Shown piece after piece: positions 22,567-36,075 of a DNA stretch of 64,000 nt. Below the pieces are notes generated by a model. The model was not told the origin of the DNA. It was given only the letters and a program-made list of their open reading frames with translations, and made no database searches. Positions within the stretch are counted from its first letter, which is position 1; the number at the start of each line of letters is the position of its first letter. The DNA is taken from the NCBI GenBank assembly GCA_951406725.2, contig OX597817.1:84692001-84756000 (forward strand), given 5' to 3'. The position numbers and the translations under genes were made by a program. This DNA is from Octopus vulgaris. Lineage: Eukaryota.

Positions 22567-23169
22567 TATATATATATAAATTGTTATTAAATTTCAGTTT
22601 TATAGTGACCTCAAATATGCTAGTATCAAATGCATTTTGATTAAGGTTACATTGTAAAGTAAAAGTAGCTGTCAATAGGAAACAGCTGAAATTTCAGAGT
22701 CAGTCACTTCTGTTAAATATTTCCTTTCTTCATGAAACTTAAACTGTCACATGTTTCTGTTTTCAGTGTGGAACAATACTACTGGTATGTTAAGATTCCA
22801 TGGATGATATTAATTTCTACGTAACACTTAATTCACAGCTATCCAACTATTGTAGTCTTCTACTTTCAGTTCACACATCACATAGTTTACAATGATTGCT
22901 TGATGCAATTTACATTTTGTTGTAAGACACAGCAGAGGTGACAATATATGAACATGAGGCCTATCACATTTCCATTCTGTGGAGTGCTTTCGATGTCATG
23001 GCATTTGCATGAGTTTGTTTGTGGATTGATAATTAGATAACTTGGGAATCTGTTCATTTATGGCCATGTTATAGCTGTAAGAATATACAAATAGCTTTTA
23101 TTTAAAAATAATACATAGCTTTTGTGTAGAGACAGAAACAGAAGCTCTTTTTGTGTGTATATATATCAT

Positions 23170-23838
23170 CATCCAATCTGATTTGGCAAGGTTTCTACAG
23201 CTGGATGCCCTTCCTAATGCCAACTACTCTGAGACTGTAGTGGGTGCTTTTTATGTGCCACTGGCATGGGAGCCAGTCAGGCAGCACTGGTATTGGCCAC
23301 ACTCAAATGGTGCTTTTTATGTACCACCGACATGGGAGCCAGTTAGGCAGCACTGGCATTGGTCACACTCGAATGGTGCTTTTTACGTGCCACCAACATG
23401 GGAGCCAGTTAGGTAGCACTGGCATTGGCCATGACTACAATTTCACTTGGTTCAACAGGTCTTCACAAGCATGCCATATTGCCCAACGATTGAAGGGTGC
23501 TTTTAAATGGGCCAGTTATGTGACACAGGCATTGGCCACAGCATGATCTCACTTGGCTTGCTGGGTCTTCTCAAGCACAGCATATCTCCAAAGGTCTTGG
23601 TCGCTTATCATTGCCTCTGTGAGACCCAATGTTCGAAGGTCATACTTCACCACCTCATCCCATATCTTCCTAGGTCTACCTCTTTCACAGGTTCCCTCCA
23701 CTGTTAGGGTGTGACACTTCTTCACACACCTGTCCTCATTCATACGCAACACATGACTATTCCAGCGCAGTCATCTCTCTTGCATACCACATCTAATCCT
23801 TCTTATGTCCAACTTTTTTCTAAGGGTGCTTACACTTT
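23170..23838 (-). mobile_element. RTE LINE 3' fragment
   Basis: ORF 23549-23752 RMNEDRCVKKCHTLTVEGTCERGRPRKIWDEVV plus 3' UTR tandem units. Confidence 0.85.
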
Positions 23839-24635
23839 GTTGTGTGTGTGTATATATATATATATATGGGTGAATATGTTTATTTACATTTTCACTATGA
23901 AAGTCATTCGTTATGAACAGTGATGTTTTCATTTCTGTCAACAAAATTGTCAGCTTGTTCTATACCTTCACAGACGTGAAATAAAAGAACATTTACTTGA
24001 AAAACGGTTAAGGGTTAGTAACAGGTAGGACATCCAATTGTAAAGTAATACCTCAATTATACATCTAACCCATGGTAATACAGGTAAAAATAGGTAGTCA
24101 TGTTTTGTAAGAAATTTCATCGAGACTTTTAACATTAGGCCCTTTCCATTTGTGGATGCTTCTAGAATCACATTTACACATATCACACTCTATTCTCTCG
24201 TTTCACACAAGTGGCACTTTAACATCCATATTTCCATGCTTTCACAAGTCTAACAGAAAATGTAGAGGAAGAGATTTTCTGCAGCTGTATGCCTTTCCTG
24301 TCACCAACCTTCACCTGTTTCTAAGAAAACTATAATTTTCCCATAACTAGAGATATTTTTCATGGAAGACTAGAAATGAATGACTTTGTATGGGTGCACA
24401 CACACAGACACATATATATCTTTTATCTTTTACTTGTTTGTCATTTAACTGCAGCCATGCTGGGGTACCACCTTTTAATCAAAGAAGTCAACCCCAGGAG
24501 GTTTTTTTCTAAAGCCTAGTTCTTATTCTATTGGTTATTTTTGCCAAACCACTAAGTTACAGGGATGTAAACACACCAACATAGATTGTCAAGCAGTGGG
24601 GGCTGGAGACAAACACAGACATATACACATATATA

Positions 24636-24693
<58 letters not shown>

Positions 24694-25904
24694 AGGCTTC
24701 TTTCAGTTTCCATCTACCTAATTCACTCATGCTTTGGTCAGCACAAGGCTACAGTAGAAGAGACTTACACAAGGTTCCACTCAGTGGGACTGAACCTGGA
24801 ACCATGTGGTTGGGAAGCAAGCTTCTTGCCACACCTGTACTTATATATATATATATATTTATACTCACACACACACACGATGGGTTTCTTTCAGTTTCCA
24901 TTTACCAAATCCACTAGCAAGGCTTTGGTCAACCGAGGGCTATAAAAGAGGACATTTGCCCAAGGTGCCACACAGTAGGACTGAACCCAATATCACATGG
25001 CTGAAAAGCAAACTTCTCAACCACACAGCTATGCCTCTGTCTATCTGTTTTGGATCAATTTTTGCCAGTGCAGACCACCACCACTTTACTTTGATCCTTG
25101 ATCTTATCGTATTAAGTCTTAAGCTGCTAAGATTATGTACTTAAAATAGTAAAGCTGTCAGATCCAGTTAGACTTCTTGAACTAAATCTTTCATTGAAGA
25201 GTTGCAGTAGAGGCATAATATGTAGTTAAGTCTACTTCCCAACCTCATGGTTTCAAGTTCAATCTCACTGCATAACACCTTGGGTGTCTTCTACAGTAGC
25301 TGCAGGCTGACCAAGCTTTGTGAGTGGAGTTAGTAGACAGAAACTGAAAGATGCTCACTGTGTATACATACATGTGCATGTATGTGTATATGTGTGAGTG
25401 TGAGAAGGGGGTGTATATTTGTGTTTATTTTTCTTGACATGGCATGATTGCTGTAAATGAAAGCCATTCATTTCCAGTATTTTGCAAAAACATGTCTGGT
25501 CATGGGAAAATATCCTGCTTGGCAGGAGATACAGGCATAGAAAATCTGTTGCAATAAATTCCATCTGCCCATACAAGCATGAAAAAGTGGATTTTTATAA
25601 AAGATGATGGTACCCACACACACACGTACATTCATGCATACATACACACACACACACATGATGGTCACTTCTGTCAGTTTAAATATATGTTTGAAGGAAA
25701 GGATTTGTTTTAAAAAATAAGTCTAAAAAAAAAAGCTGCATATATTTGCAATGGCTGCATGAATGTAATTTGAGTTCCCGGTATGGATTCTACTATGAAG
25801 TCACATTGGGGACACTGATGATTTTGATTTTGCTTGAGATTGGGCAAATGTGCTTTGTTGACTGCAGGATATACAAATACATATATATAAAATAATAAAA
25901 TAAA

Positions 25905-26142
25905 TGTGCCCCTTTTAAAGCCCAGCCAGGCTCATGGGCCCGGTTTCTATGGCGTATGTGTTCCCTAGCTGGACAGGACGCCAGTCCATCGCAGCATTAC
26001 TCATTTTTGCCAGCTGAGTGGACTGGAGCAACGTGAAATGAAGTGTTTTGCTCAAGAACACAACACGTCGCCCGGTCCGGGAATCGAAACCACAATCTTA
26101 TGATCATGATGCTGACACCCTAACTACTAAGCCACGCACCTC
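25905..26142 (-). mobile_element. V-domain-type tRNA SINE
   Basis: tRNA-like head gtggcttagtagttagggtg...ggtttcgattcc and gctgcgatggactggcgtcc. Related copies at ~37845-37985, 57490-57700, 60085-60562 and 62780-63080. Confidence 0.7.
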
Positions 26143-26477
26143 TATATATATACATATATACATGCACACACACATACATATATACATAACAAATGAGAGG
26201 AAGAGAAAATGGAATTCATGAGATTCTTTATTAATCACAATGATCATTTCAACCAATCGTACATCAGTCTCTCACAGGTGAGATTCTGGACAATTAGCTG
26301 TGGTGCATCCTTCGGAGCAGACGGGTCTCATCAGGTGACTTTTCAAAAGGTACCTCACTCAATAAACTTGGTTTCACTTGGTTCAATTATAATGCATTTT
26401 GTTATTTGCCTGTAGCTGATTGAAAACAGGGTTTTGTAGTTTGGAATGGCATAGCATCAGGTGTATACCCAAGCCTA

Positions 26478-26510
<33 letters not shown>

Positions 26511-26514
<4 letters not shown>

Positions 26515-27005
26515 GTAAACCCATAAATAATACGGTTTTTTTATACTACTTTTATTTTTCAAAATTAAGATAAACAAAGTTCTTTTTTAATCTAAAATAT
26601 ACTCTCCTTCATTTTCTACAATGCACTTCTAATGTAGGTATTGATGAATGATTGAATGACCAAATTCAAGCTTCTCTGCTAGTTCCTCAACAATTATGAT
26701 AGGATTTTGTTCCAAGCCAGGGTTTGCAGAATGCCCTCTTTAAGCTCTACAGATCTTCCAGGACAAGGCTTGTCTTCTAGACTGTAGTTTCTGGAACTAC
26801 TGTTGACACTGGTTTATGCTTATTGTCCAATCCCCATATACTGCATTAATATTCCTCACACTTTCCGTTACATTGTTGCCTTTATTGAACTCATAAAACA
26901 AAATATGCCGAATATGCTCCTTTGTCACTCATTATAGCTTTGAAAAATTAACTGTTAAAATCGAACTGCACTCTTCAAAACTTGCACTAAGAATAAGTAC
27001 AAGGA
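26511..27005 (-). mobile_element. Internally deleted copy of the 21321-22566 mariner
   Basis: 26511-26630 matches the reverse complement of ~22450-22565, and 26750-27005 matches ~21430-21690. Confidence 0.8.
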
Positions 27006-28584
27006 AATGAACAGCACTAAACCTTCTCTCCATATATACATAGATTCCTTAGGCCCATAGTTCTTCTGTAGGCCTCATTAACAATATATCTTCATTAGCA
27101 CTATAGATGCTCATTTCTTACTTTTAATTTTAAGCATCAACTTTATTTTAACATTAATTATTTTTTATTTATTTTATTTTACTTTTATAACATTGTCTTA
27201 ACCTTAGTTTTTTTTTTTTAATCTTTTCTTTACTAGTTGACATCTATTTCTAGCTTTTCTTAGTGGCAAGTCAACCCTACATACCCTCTCTAGTAAAATA
27301 TGCCCACCCACTATAGACTTGTCTATTATCTTTATGTCCACTTTATTACCTACATTGATACCCAGCCCTATAGGTCTGGCATCTGCCTTATGTTATTTCT
27401 GCCCTTATTTGTCTGTCTTTACATTTGCCCCCATCCTAATTTCTTTGGATGGGAATGCCACTTTACCTGCCCTTGCACTCACTTCCTGTAATTTTCCTAG
27501 ACAATAATACCCCTCAACAGTATATATCATCATCATCATCGTTTAACATCCGCTTTCCATGCTAGCATGGGTTGGACGATTTTGACTGAGGGCTGGCAAA
27601 CCAGATGGTTGCACCAGGCACCAATCTTGATTTGGCAGAGTTTCTACAGCTGGATGCTCTTCCTAACGCCAACCACTCCGAGACTGTAGTGGGTGCTTTT
27701 TACATGCCACCGTCACGGGGGCCAGTATATATCTACTGCAATGCCCTTATCTAGTTATCTACGTGTCTTTCTCATACTAGAGTGTATTATTTATTTATTC
27801 CTCCCCCTTCTCTCTGGACTGGATACCCCTCAATATACTGAACAGTGTATATCTAATACAATGCTCTTACCTACCTATCTTTTCTCCTACCAGAATGTAT
27901 TACTTATTCCTCCTCTTGGTATTTGCACAACTCTGGAACTGCTAGCGTTCATTTTCTCTCTGGAGTGAATACCCCTCAATATACTAAACAGTATATATCT
28001 ATATTTGATACAAACCCCTTACCTATCTATCTTTTCTCTCACTAGAATGTATTATTTATTCCTCCTCTCAGTATTTGCACAACTTTGGAACTGCTAGCAT
28101 CCATTTTCCTGCAATATGGAGTATTGCTTTTCCTTTCATCATGCTGTACTACCTAATCATCCTTTCTGATCATGGATTTACCTAAAGAAGACCCAATCTA
28201 CCTGGCTGTAATTAAACCATCCTACCATAATGAACCACAACAAACATCATTGTTGACATTTTCCATAGTTCAACTCACACAAGCTGGTGGAGTTCTGATG
28301 TAAGCACGCACTAATTTTTTTTTTATTTTTAAGAATTTTCACAAATTTTTTTCTATTCTTTCTTCTTGCGTAATGGAATTAATGCAATAAGATTTTTTTT
28401 TCTAACAGAAAAGTATGCTATTAAAATTAGGAGAGTAAAAAAAATCATAAATTTCCGAAACTGTTTTCTCATAAAAAGATGCTCTCCATCATTTCGAAGC
28501 TGTGGTGAAAAACAATTGGAAAAATCCCCGTCAAAACAAAGAACTTCCAACTTATGTGGTCTTTTTGATCTGAAATTCCTCTCC

Positions 28585-28910
28585 TCACACCCTTGGAAAA
28601 TTTTTTCCCCACAAATTTCTTTATAATTGTAATCTAAGCCATTTGAAAAGTATTTGTATAAACTTTTATTAAAAGATACCCATTTTCCTGAAAGTTATGA
28701 GGGAAAAAATCAGATTGTGTGAATTTTCCAAAAATCCTCTTGCTGCCCCTTTGGAAAAAATTTTCCTCACAAATTTCTGTTTAATTGTAATCTATGCTGT
28801 TTGAAAGGTACTTACATAAAATTTCATTAAAAGATATCCATTTTTCTGAAAGTTATGAGGGAAAAAAATCAGATCATGTGAATTTTCCAAAAGTCCTCTC
28901 CTCACCCCCA
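28585..28910. repeat. ~160-bp tandem duplication of a DNA-transposon-like unit
   Basis: Two copies of ttggaaaa..ttttcc.cacaaatttct...ctgaaagttatgagggaaaaaatcagat. The motif is shared with ~3645-3680. Confidence 0.65.
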
Positions 28911-29606
28911 GTTCGTTTGCTCATCAAGCTGAGTGGAGATAGATGAAAGCAAAAGAGTTCAGAATTACAGGGGTGCTACTTCAGTATATGATCTACCACT
29001 CTATCTGTATTCTACACTGTGAAATGACCTGATCTACATTAGGATTAAGGTTTGGAGTTAGTTTGCATGCTAAAGTGTAAATGGTAAGGCCTACAGCATG
29101 TTAAAGTGGCACCTATGCAGAATTCCTCTTTGGCTTGAAACAACATTATCATCATTTTAACATCCATATTCCCATACTTGCATGGGTCAGACTGAATTCT
29201 GTGAGGCAGATTTTCTACAACTGGATGACATTCCAGTTGCAAATCCTCATGTGTTTCCAAACAAGGTAATATATATCCCCATGGCCAGACATGTTTTTGC
29301 AGAATATTGGAAATTGTATGACGGTGATGCTTCTTCACAACTTTAATGCAATAAAAAAACAAGGAGACACACACACACACTTCTTTCATACCAAATCTGC
29401 TCACAAGGCTTTAGCTGGTCCAGCACTATAGTAGAAACCACCTGCTGCTGCCCTCACTACCACCACAACAAGCACCTCCATTACTACCAGGGTTATATGA
29501 CATGATGTTGATGTATAACAAGCCTTTAAAATATATTAGATTTATTTATTTTTATTTTAATATTTTACAAAATAAATTAAGTATATTTGTCTTTTAGGAA
29601 AATAAA

Positions 29607-30521
29607 TTAAAATTGCCTTTTCCCATATTGTATGATAATAGGTTTACCTTTCAAGACATAACCGTTAACCAGTTCTAATGCTTCTTCTGCAATGTGTGCA
29701 GTTTCAAAAGTTATAAATGCTTGTCCTCGCATTTTACCAGAGAGCAATTTATACTGAATGGGAAATTTTTCTGTTTGAAAGTGAAGAAAAAGTTTCATCA
29801 GATCATATTCAGTCACTTTTTTAGAAAGATTTTTCAAATATAAAGTATTATTTTTTTCGCCAGGATGATATTCTTTGAATCTACTGATTAAAAGAATTTC
29901 TTCTGTTGAAATACAGTTTTTGGAAATCAATTCTTTTGAAATAGGTTGCACTTCATCTTCGATATGTGTAAGACCTAAGCTGTTACTTTTGGAATTTTCA
30001 TCAGATGAAACCTGATTGACTGTGTGATTTTCTTCTGGTAATGTTTCGACACCCTTGGAGATATTTTCTGACTTTATTTCTGTGTCATCAGTCTCTGTTT
30101 TGTCAAAAGTGCCATTCTTTACTGGAGAATGGATTTTGCGTTTTTTAGTCAACAAACTATCAGAAATATCTTTTAACTGATTAATAGGGTGTTCTTCACA
30201 TACATCAGTGTCTTTGGTCTTTGTGGTAATTAAACAGTTCATTAGAGAGGTTTTGTTAGTTCTAACAGCATTCTCCAATTCCATCCGAAGTCGGCTTATA
30301 TTGCGTGCCCCATTAAATGAATTAGGAATTTTAGAATTAGCTTTTTTCTCATTTATTTTTTCATTTATATTCTGTATAATTTCTTTTTGTACACTAGGGT
30401 TCATACCATATCTGCTCCGTTTCTGGGCTGGTATTTCTTCTGCAGCAGAATCATGTTCTTTCTTGAGACAGATCTCATCTTCAGACAAACCACATTGCCG
30501 AAGAAATTCAAGTTCCTCATC
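29607..30521 (-). CDS. RBM41: RNA-binding protein 41, exon 2 (C-terminal RRM)
   Basis: Acceptor tctcttttaag|GAT. DEELEFLRQCGLSEDEI...RFKEYHPGEKNNTLYLKNLSKKV...GKMRGQAFITF...VNGYVLKGKPIIIQYGK, an RNPC3/RBM41-type RRM. Confidence 0.88.
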   Translation of the reverse strand, partial: DEELEFLRQCGLSEDEICLKKEHDSAAEEIPAQKRSRYGMNPSVQKEIIQNINEKINEKKANSKIPNSFNGARNISRLRMELENAVRTNKTSLMNCLITTKTKDTDVCEEHPINQLKDISDSLLTKKRKIHSPVKNGTFDKTETDDTEIKSENISKGVETLPEENHTVNQVSSDENSKSNSLGLTHIEDEVQPISKELISKNCISTEEILLISRFKEYHPGEKNNTLYLKNLSKKVTEYDLMKLFLHFQTEKFPIQYKLLSGKMRGQAFITFETAHIAEEALELVNGYVLKGKPIIIQYGKRQF

Positions 30522-31667
30522 CTTAAAAGAGAGAAATATTAGACATCAGTTTAAAAGTGTACATTAATAGTTGGTGTAAAATAATATAACAAAACACACA
30601 CTTGGTAAACAGCAGTAATTTTATTCAGCTGAATACACGTCATTGATTGGTTGAAATTACCAAAATAGGACAACTTTAACTTCGTAAATATAAGTTTTTT
30701 TCTCAAAAATGCTAAGAGTAGAAGATGTTTAATATGACACATTCTACCAGTGTCCGAAGTTTGAAAGTGTTTAGTTACAAAAAATTATTTTTTAAATCTG
30801 TCGGTCAAAAGGTAAAGATCCAATAATTACAAATAAAAGTGAAAATAAAACAAATTTTGAAATAGAATCTTACTCAAAAGTAGTCATAAAGGAAAGTGAA
30901 AATAATGAGATAAAACGTTATTCAAAAGTGAACTATTCTGAAAGTTGTCTTAGAATGTTCTGAAAACCTTCATCCCCATTTTCCACACATTTTTCCCTCC
31001 AAAGAAACTCAGTTGAATGTTACTGGAAAAATGCAAAACGCCGATTCAAGAGTATGATGGGAGTACACAAATTCCCCCGATTTACTATTTATACATGTGG
31101 AGGCGATTTTTTTTATTGGGGGTTCCACTGACTTGCGCATGTACGCGCGTCCGTCTACTTACTGGCGTGGGTGCGCGTCGAGGTTCACTTTTCTTAAGTA
31201 GTACCCGGCCCACTATCCACTCAATTAAAAAAACGGCGATGAGTCCTGTAGATGCAAAAAAGTTCTCAACCCCAGCTCTACGGAAGTTGCATAACCTGCA
31301 GAAAATAGTAGCCACATCGAACTCCAATCACAATACAACCTATCAACATTGAACACTGTTGCAGATGGTATGCATTTGACCGTTCTTTGTTTTCTTTGGT
31401 AGCAGAGTATCTGGATTAAGGCTTTCCAAACATTGAAATGCTTTAAATTAGTCAGAGACCTAAATACTGATCAAATTTATGAAGTAATGTTTTCTTCTTC
31501 GTTTTTGTTACTTTAAATTCGATACTCTGTTAATACAGTGTTTCAAGAGTATTGGGACCATTTTGATCTGGCCGAATGAATGTACCCCTTTTACGGTCAC
31601 AATTTTTGTATACATAAGTAATTGTGCAACCCAATATTTTAGTAATTGTAATATCTAAATGTATTAC

Positions 31668-32012
31668 CTGCTTCTGAATTTTATTAAAAGAGTCCAAAGA
31701 GCAGATTCCTTTCAATTCAGCTGTTTTTGGTTTATAAAGGACCTTTTCAACGAAAGTTCGCTGATGAGACATGTACTGCTCCTTTGTCAGTTTAGTATCA
31801 AGTTGCTTTTGTGCTAAGTATTTAATCTGTTGTTCTTCTTCTGTCTCTGTATTTTGATCGTATTTGTTGGTGAGTTTGGTCCGAGAGTCAGAGGGTAAAC
31901 GTACAACATTACCGCTATCGTAGCGACGAGGATGACCACAAGGAACACCCGATCGACCGTAGTAATTTTGACTCTCCCAAAACGATGAGCTGCCAACGCC
32001 ACGTTCAGACAT
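31668..32012 (-). CDS. RBM41: RNA-binding protein 41, exon 1
   Basis: ATG at 32012, 115 codons including the TETEEEQQIKYLAQKQLDT motif. Donor CAG|GTAATA is phase 0, matching exon 2 (total ~419 aa). Confidence 0.82.
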
Positions 32013-34014
32013 GTTTCTTATGTTAAAATTGTTTTAAAGTTTCATTGTAAGAGCTAATTAGTTGACAGAATATTGTAAACTAAATACTATAAACAAAATA
32101 TTAAACATGTAAATATACAAACGGAACCAGATAAATTTCAAAGCGGTCCACACTAAATAATTACCTATTTTAAAAAAGGTGAACTAAGGGAAATAATTGA
32201 TATTTTAAATTTGCCTTCCAGTCTGTACTGAAGTCACTTGTTCTGAATAAAATCGTTTTTAATGAATATTAAAAACAATGCAACGTAATGTTATAAAGTT
32301 GTTATTTTTATGCTATTTGCAGACACTATTTTAAATGTGTAGGGAGAAAAAAAGCCGTTTCATATCTTTAAAAATCGCCGAACACTTTTAATATTTCGTT
32401 CATATGCTTTATAAAGTTGCTTTATATGAATATCAGTCGAATTTTCTCTATTTGAGTAACACTTCATCTTTACCAACCCTGGATGGGAACGAAAGGCAAA
32501 CTTGACTTCAGCTGCATTTAAATTCAGTTTATAAATGGACGTAACTTAATACCTTAAGTTATTTTATCCGACTCAATCAATTCATCAATCCACCTCGACT
32601 GGGTTTCAAATAATTTCTTAATTCAATTCATATGAAAAAATACTTGAAACGAATATTAAAGGGACATCAATGTTAATAATGGATTTTTAAGGGATTGAGT
32701 TGTTTTTCTTCTCTACCTTATACTTCATTCACATGGTCTTTAATTGTATTCATTTAATTTTGGCTCTAATTTTTTCCTAGCTACGAAAAAAAGTTAATGT
32801 TTTCCGTTGAAGTAAGTTCTCTAAAATACAAAAAGACTACACTCTAGACTTTTTACTCTAGAGTGAAATTATTTCCCTGTCATTTTGTACTCTATAAAAA
32901 AATGTTCACATCAATACAAATTCTAAAACTAATCATTTTTGCTAATAGGTATCCCAAATATGCTTTCCACATAAGAAACAATTAGTGTGAACATATAGAA
33001 TGCAAGCCTATTTAAACCTAACTACTAATAATAATCCAGATAAAAAAAAAATAAATAAAAACAAGAAAGTGTCAGGTAGCAAGTATGTTATTGGATCAAC
33101 TGATAAAATTGTTAGTGAGTTGGGCCAAAATGCCTTGCAATATTTAGTTAGCAAGGTCAGCTTTGCCTTTCGTCCTTTCACGGTTGATAAAATAAGTACC
33201 AGTTGAGCACTGGGGTCAATGTAACTGAATTACCCACTCCCCCAAAATTGCTATCCTTGCGTCAAAACTTGAAACCAATATTTAGTTACAGGAAAGTGGC
33301 AAGCCAGCAGAATCATTAGCACGCCAGCCAAAATGCTTAGTGGCATTTCATCTATTTTCACATTCTCAGTTCAAATTCCACTTAGGTCATCTTTGCTACT
33401 CATCCTTTTTCAGGATTGATTATAATAAGTACTAGTTGAGTACCGGGGTTGATCTGATCAATTTACCCTGCCCCCAAATAGCTGGCCTTTACCTTATGAG
33501 CTCAAATCCTGCTGAAGGTTGATGTGGTTTTCATCCATCTGGGAGTCAATAAAATAAAGTATCAGTCAAGTATTGCAGTCAATTTAAGTTGTTATAATAC
33601 GTTCTAAAATAATATCTTTTCCCTCCAATGTAGCAGCCTTGTGCTGATGAGAAGAATTGTTATAAAATTATATTTAATCAGGCCTTGAAACTTTTTTTTT
33701 AATTTTTTTATTTTTTATATACATTGAATTGGAAAAGAAAAGTCAATGCATATTATATACAAGAGATTTTTTTTCAGGATTTCATCACCAATCAGTGAGT
33801 ATCATATATGAATAAATACAGTACTCTACTTTTGTCATTGGCTCATTTCAAAATAAACTACCTTTCACTCTGAGCATCATTCTATTGTTCTGTATACCTT
33901 AAATATATGTTCTTTTGTTTTAGTCAAAGGAGGAAGGACACTGTGCAAAACAACTGGGTGCTTGAGTGCACTGTTTCTTAAGAGTAACACTAGTAGAAAC
34001 TTCTTAAACCTAAA

Positions 34015-34245
34015 AGACGGTGAGCTGGCAGAAACGTTAGCACGCCGGGCGAAATGCTTAGCAGTATTTCGTCTGCCCTTACGTTCTGAGTTCAAATTCC
34101 GCCAAGGTCAACTTTGCCTTTCATCCTCTCAGGGTCGTTAAATTAAGTACCAGTTACGCACTGGAGTCGATTACATCGACTCCCTTCGTCTGTCCTTGTT
34201 TGTCCCCTCTATGTTTAGCCCCTTGTGGGGCAATAAAGAAATAAG
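34015..34245 (+). mobile_element. Near full-length Meta-domain tRNA SINE
   Basis: ggtgagctggcagaaacgttagc...gagttcaaattcc...tttgcctttcatcc...aagtaccag. Further copies at ~33150-33650, 46475-46620, 49960-50170, 54765-54980, 55885-56070 and 57730-58110. Confidence 0.75.
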
Positions 34246-35059
34246 AAACTTCGTAAACCTAATAGATTAGCATGTCCTCCCTCACCATAAGTATAGTAAG
34301 ATATTTAGTAGCCATTCAGTAAAAATCAGCTATTCCTGTGGACTTTCCATGAGGTCAAAAATCACACACAAAGTCAAATCTGAAGAAAAGCCAAGATGTT
34401 TCTTCAGAATAAATTATGACTGCCTGCTACAATAAAAATGTAAAGTGAAATCTATACTGTATGAAACCACCTTTATACCACTTGAAATCAACCAGAGTGA
34501 AGAAAAATATGTGAATATGGTACAAGACAGTTTTTAAGCAACAGGTACTGTTCACATATTGTGTACGGTAAACATTCAGAAAAGAGGACATCAGTGGCCT
34601 TTATGATGCAGAGTCTGGGAATTGAAAGTAAAAGGAATACTATATAACATCAAGTGGTAAATTTAGGATAGGTCCAAGCTATATATCAGAGAAACAAATG
34701 TGATCTTTGGCCTAACTGAAAAGTTCTGTATATTACAGGGATTAAAATCCAATAAAATATACTTGAATAATAAAAGTGAGATCTTCAGAGGATGCTTCTA
34801 CATCAAGTCCCACCTCTTGCAGGAAAATATAGAAGAATAACCACACAATTTCAACACCAAACCAATATATACCCATCTGAATCAGCTACATTAATTATTT
34901 CTACACACACGTCTTAACAATCTACAAATAATATGTAACAACGATAATAGTCTGACACACATATATACAAAGCATGCACACTAACTGCACAAGCATATAT
35001 ATGCAGCATACGCAAACAAGTACAACTAGCCAATACACCAATCACACATCTACAAATTA

Positions 35060-36075
35060 CTAAAATTTTAATAAGCATTAACTGTAGAACTAGAAATGTA
35101 GTATACAGCATAAGATGCATAGAAGGTGCTTGTAAAGACATGAACATGACATACATAGGGGAGACATCTAGGAGCATTGCAGAACGACTAAATGAACATT
35201 TGAGACAATATAACAACAAAAAACAGTCCTCCATACTCTACCAACATGGAGGCAACCTGGGTCAACTTGACATCTGTATCTTATCCAAGCACCCAAAGGA
35301 ACCAACACTCAGACAAATACAGGAGTATGTCATCATAAATGAAACTTCTCCAATACTAAATACATAGTAGATATCATACCCACAGACTATACAGGTAGAG
35401 AAGAATAGTTAGTCGGCTGCTATGTAGATAGATGTGTGTGTGTGGGTGTATGTATATATGTATATGCACATGTATATAAGCATATGGATATGAAGGTAAA
35501 CATAAATATACAGACGGCTGGATATATAGGTTATATGAACAGACAAGCACATATACACAAATGAACAAATGAAGACTGAAACATTTGACCATATATATAC
35601 ACACTTTACTTCACACAGGGACACATATGGAGATACACATACATACAGTACATAGTTGCAAAAATTCATACACTCAGACATGCACACACAAGGAGACAGG
35701 TACATACACGCGCGCGCACACATAAAAACGCAAACACATGAATATGCAGAATACATACATGCAAATGTACACACATATATACATATGCACATACATACAT
35801 GCATGCACACACAGGCATGCGTACATACATGTGTATGCACACACACACACACGTGTACAAACAAAAAGAACGCAGTGTGAATAAGGGACAGTCAAAACTA
35901 TTGAAAAGGTTGCATAACGCAACGAAAGTTTTAGAAAAATAAAGGAAATGAGTGGAAATTTTACCGGTGAGTGTGTTAAGTTATAAGGCACTAAAAGAGA
36001 ATGACTCTCCTGAGTCACAACAGAATATGCTTCAACACACAACTTCACATGAATCTTGCAAACCAAATCTAAAAA
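35060..36075 (+). mobile_element. Degenerate Penelope-like element: GIY-YIG remnant, microsatellite and terminal repeat with hammerhead
   Basis: NCRTRNVVYSIRC...YIGETSRSIAERLNEH...PILN. Hammerhead-like motif at 35897-35934. Confidence 0.7.

Noticed and set aside
23250-23430. Regularly spaced direct repeats resembling a CRISPR array
   Set aside because: Whole units repeat with no unique spacers; part of an RTE 3' UTR in a eukaryote.
26070-26142. tRNA-like A/B boxes
   Set aside because: SINE head with no complete cloverleaf.
28185-28230. CTAAAGAAGACC hammerhead-like start
   Set aside because: Too degenerate; helices not recoverable.
31530-31667. C-terminal 45 aa of ORF 31530-32012
   Set aside because: Read-through into the intron past the CAG|GTAATA donor.
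30522-31667. Search for a tandem U11-binding (USSE-like) element in the RBM41 intron
   Set aside because: No RTATCCTT motif seen on the sense strand.
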